From positions 1 to 10,101 of the forward strand of contig JBJCIZ010001197.1 in the NCBI GenBank assembly GCA_051294375.1: DNA of 10,101 nt, in the 5' to 3' direction. Position 1 is the stretch's first letter. The number at the start of each line of letters is the position of its first letter. The translations under genes and the position numbers were made by a program. Of this stretch, positions 7,630 to 10,101 are shown piece by piece. Source of the stretch: Paraspadella gotoi (Eukaryota; Animalia; Chaetognatha). A model generated the notes under the pieces. That model searched no databases. It worked only from the letters and a program-made list of their open reading frames with translations, and was not told the DNA's origin.

Positions 7630-7695
7630 TTTTGGAGGCGCCTCTTATTCGTTCCCTGATTCGTCGTCATTGTCGTCGCCATCGTCCGTCGTCCT
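7630..7695 (+). mobile_element. Second HINE-like module (T-run, palindrome, (GTC)n microsatellite)
   Basis: TTTTG, perfect palindrome GAGGCGCCTC (7635-7644), about 16-nt spacer, then TCGTCGTCATTGTCGTCGCCATCGTCCGTCGTCC. Confidence 0.35.
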
Positions 7696-9295
7696 TTACT
7701 TTTGACGTTGTCGGACGATACTTCCAAACTCGTTATGAAAAAATTATTTCGAAAAGATTTCAAAACATTCCATTTTACAAGTATGTGGTTGTCTTCCGTT
7801 TTTTTTTTGCTAGAAGTTAACTTTGGGTTTTATGGCTTCGAAGTTTTTTCTGATAATTATATTATAAACAATGAATTCCTTTCGCGCTGCTTCCTTACAA
7901 AAATATCTGAAAATCAAGATGAAGCTGATAAGTAAACATGCTAACTTATTGGCCACGGCTATTTTCTGCTGTAATCCCCTGATTATGAAAATGTAAGATA
8001 AGAAAAAGCAGAATGTATTACGCATCCTCTCTCGGACTTGTACGACTTTTCTGACTTTCTGACAGCGACAGAAAGGGACAGCACTATCCCTACTGGCGAG
8101 GTCGAAAAAGCGTATGCCCCTATTCTGAAACCTTTTGTTAGAAGGTCATGGTTGACTAAGTGAAAATCTTTATAATTGAATTGTATTATCATTAACAATT
8201 TTTTACAAGTGTTACTAAGATTTATCTCTTATTTACCCATCCAAAACGATTTTTTTTTAAAAGTTCAGTCCCAAAAGAGCTGGCCTCCCTGTATATTAAA
8301 ACATAAAATATATATCACATTCTTCAAAACTCCTTCTTCCTTCCTTTTTTTTCTTTTTTCCGAAAATGCGTTTTTGGATGTTGACTTCAGCGACATGGTC
8401 CCGATGGGTTGTTTGTTCGCGTTTGGATGTCCAGGGATCAAAAAGAGAATTCAGATTTTTTTTTTGGATGAGAAGAAAAAGAGAAATAAAATTTCTTTAA
8501 GATCAACTTCGGTTTTTCAAGTTTTATAATAATTAATTATTACTGGTTTTCGGTTGGCTTGCGTATCTTACTCAAATTATCAGTTAAATCTCCTTTTTTT
8601 TTTTTTTTTAATAATTATTTTTTCTCGTCGTTCTCTTCTCTCTCTCTCCCTCCGATCCATTTCTTGTTCTCGAAAAAAACCAAGAAACCGCTCGCCTCAC
8701 CAAGGTCTCATGTCCGCAACGTAAAAAAAAAAAAAATCCGTCCCCACCTCCCTGCTCGCATTGCCACCCAACATCTTCGCTCCCTCCACATCTTCGCTCC
8801 CCACAACTCTCCCCACAACTTTCAGTCTTTTCACCACTCCTTTACTCGCCCACACCACAAAAAAAAGCGTCCTCCCCCGTTCGTTGAGACGTCCTGAAGT
8901 TTTCGCTAATTGAATTGTCAAAAAGTTGGCTCAAAGAAGAGATTAGAGAAGAGGACGAGGGAGACTTGCGGAATGGAGGGGGCGCGGAGGGGGCCGGGGG
9001 CGGAGATTTTCGGGAGATAGGGGAGGAGGTACTGGGGGGGGGGGAATAATGAAGCGGCCGAGGAGATAAAAAAAATAAATCGAAGGATGTTTACAAGCGC
9101 AGATAAGGCGAAGTTCGACGAAGGTTGTGAGAATGAGCGTTCGCAAGCTTTAGATTTTCTTTAAAAAGGATAGTCATTTAGCTTTGGCAAAATAAACGGA
9201 GACAGAGTTCAGATCGAGACTTATTATATCCAACAAATTACTTGTCACAATAGTGCTTTATTTTAAATTTAAGGGTTACTTTTTTGTCGATAATC

Positions 9296-9363
9296 GGGGT
9301 TAGGGAGGGGGTTATAAGGGTTGGTTAGGGGTTGGTTTAAGTTTAGGGGTGGTAGGGTTAGGC
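9296..9363 (+). repeat. Degenerate telomere-like (TTAGGG) G-rich tract
   Basis: Exact TTAGGG at 9300-9305, 9325-9330 and 9343-9348, plus variants (TAAGGG, GTAGGG, TTAGGC). Confidence 0.75.
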
Positions 9364-10101
9364 TAATTAAGATTTTTTTTCTATTAAAATAAATATTTTT
9401 AAATGGTTTTTCAAAAGCTCCAAAACGCGGTCCGGCGAAAGTAAAATTTTAGCCTAAATTTAATATTCCTGCTCAATGAATAAATGTTTTCTGTTACAAT
9501 TTTTGCTATATTTTTCAATCGATAAAATGGTATAGTTGTCAGTTTTTTCTCCCTCTTTCAAAGGCATTGAAAATCAGAACAGAGAGGTTGATCTGTTCAA
9601 AATTTAAATTCAGGGTTTTACTTATTTTTTCTACGCGTTTTGAAATCTACTGACGAAAAAACGAAAAAAAAGAGGACTTAATAAAGTTATCGGTTCTTCG
9701 AGGGTGGGAGAGACCGGAAAGCAGAAAAAAACGTGACGGAAGTGAAACGAAGATAGAGAGGAGAGAGGAAAAAAAGAGAAAATTCTAGGAGAGGAAAACT
9801 TAAATTTCGTTAACCTTTATTCCCTTGAACCGCGGAAGCCTCACTGCCTCTCACGCGGAACGCCGAGCGCTCCACACGAAACCCAAGTCGGCCGTTCACT
9901 GTCGGAAATGGGCCATGTCCGCAAGCGTCGGACACCGAATTGTGTAATCAGCACTGCAACCTCTGCAGAAAGCAGAGTTTGATTTTTGCTGATAATAAAT
10001 GGGAACATGTATTTGAAAGTGATAGCGCGAAAAACTTTGGTACTTGATGACCAACTTCGGCCAAATTTATCAAAGTACTAAGTATAGAATCTCTTCTCCC
10101 T

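Noticed and set aside
5775-7763. ORFs containing ERERER or LSLSLS
   Set aside because: Microsatellite translations.
9649-9672. Hammerhead-like CTGACGA...GAAA (another CTGACGA on the minus strand near 5147-5153)
   Set aside because: No stem II or stems I/III can form; the context is poly-A.
1-10101. CRISPR array, tRNA, rRNA, operon or prokaryotic defence system
   Set aside because: No regularly spaced repeats with unique spacers, no cloverleaf or rRNA motifs and no long ORFs. The architecture is eukaryotic, with introns and microsatellites.

Overview
AT-rich eukaryotic (probably invertebrate) genomic DNA with a 282-N assembly gap (254-535), many (GA)n/(CT)n microsatellites and no recognisable prokaryotic genes, rRNA, tRNA or CRISPR array. 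The best-supported feature is a minus-strand spliced gene at the left edge. Its first coding exon (844-685) encodes a signal peptide plus KR-EAEA and RMRR-EA processing motifs, followed by a canonical 124-nt intron and a second exon that runs into the gap. Upstream of it is a GC-rich island (about 1024-1295) that folds into a long G-U-rich hairpin on the + strand, a candidate ncRNA. The rest is mostly repeats: a ~360-bp-period direct duplication with a coding-like consensus, DINE-1/HINE-like modules (palindrome plus GTC microsatellite), facing GA/CT tracts, a degenerate TTAGGG tract and a few weak exon candidates. Much of the sequence beyond about 1.4 kb looks indel-noisy, like unpolished long-read sequence, so reading frames there are unreliable. 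Most listed ORFs are microsatellite artefacts. I cannot support a claim of a new multi-gene system.
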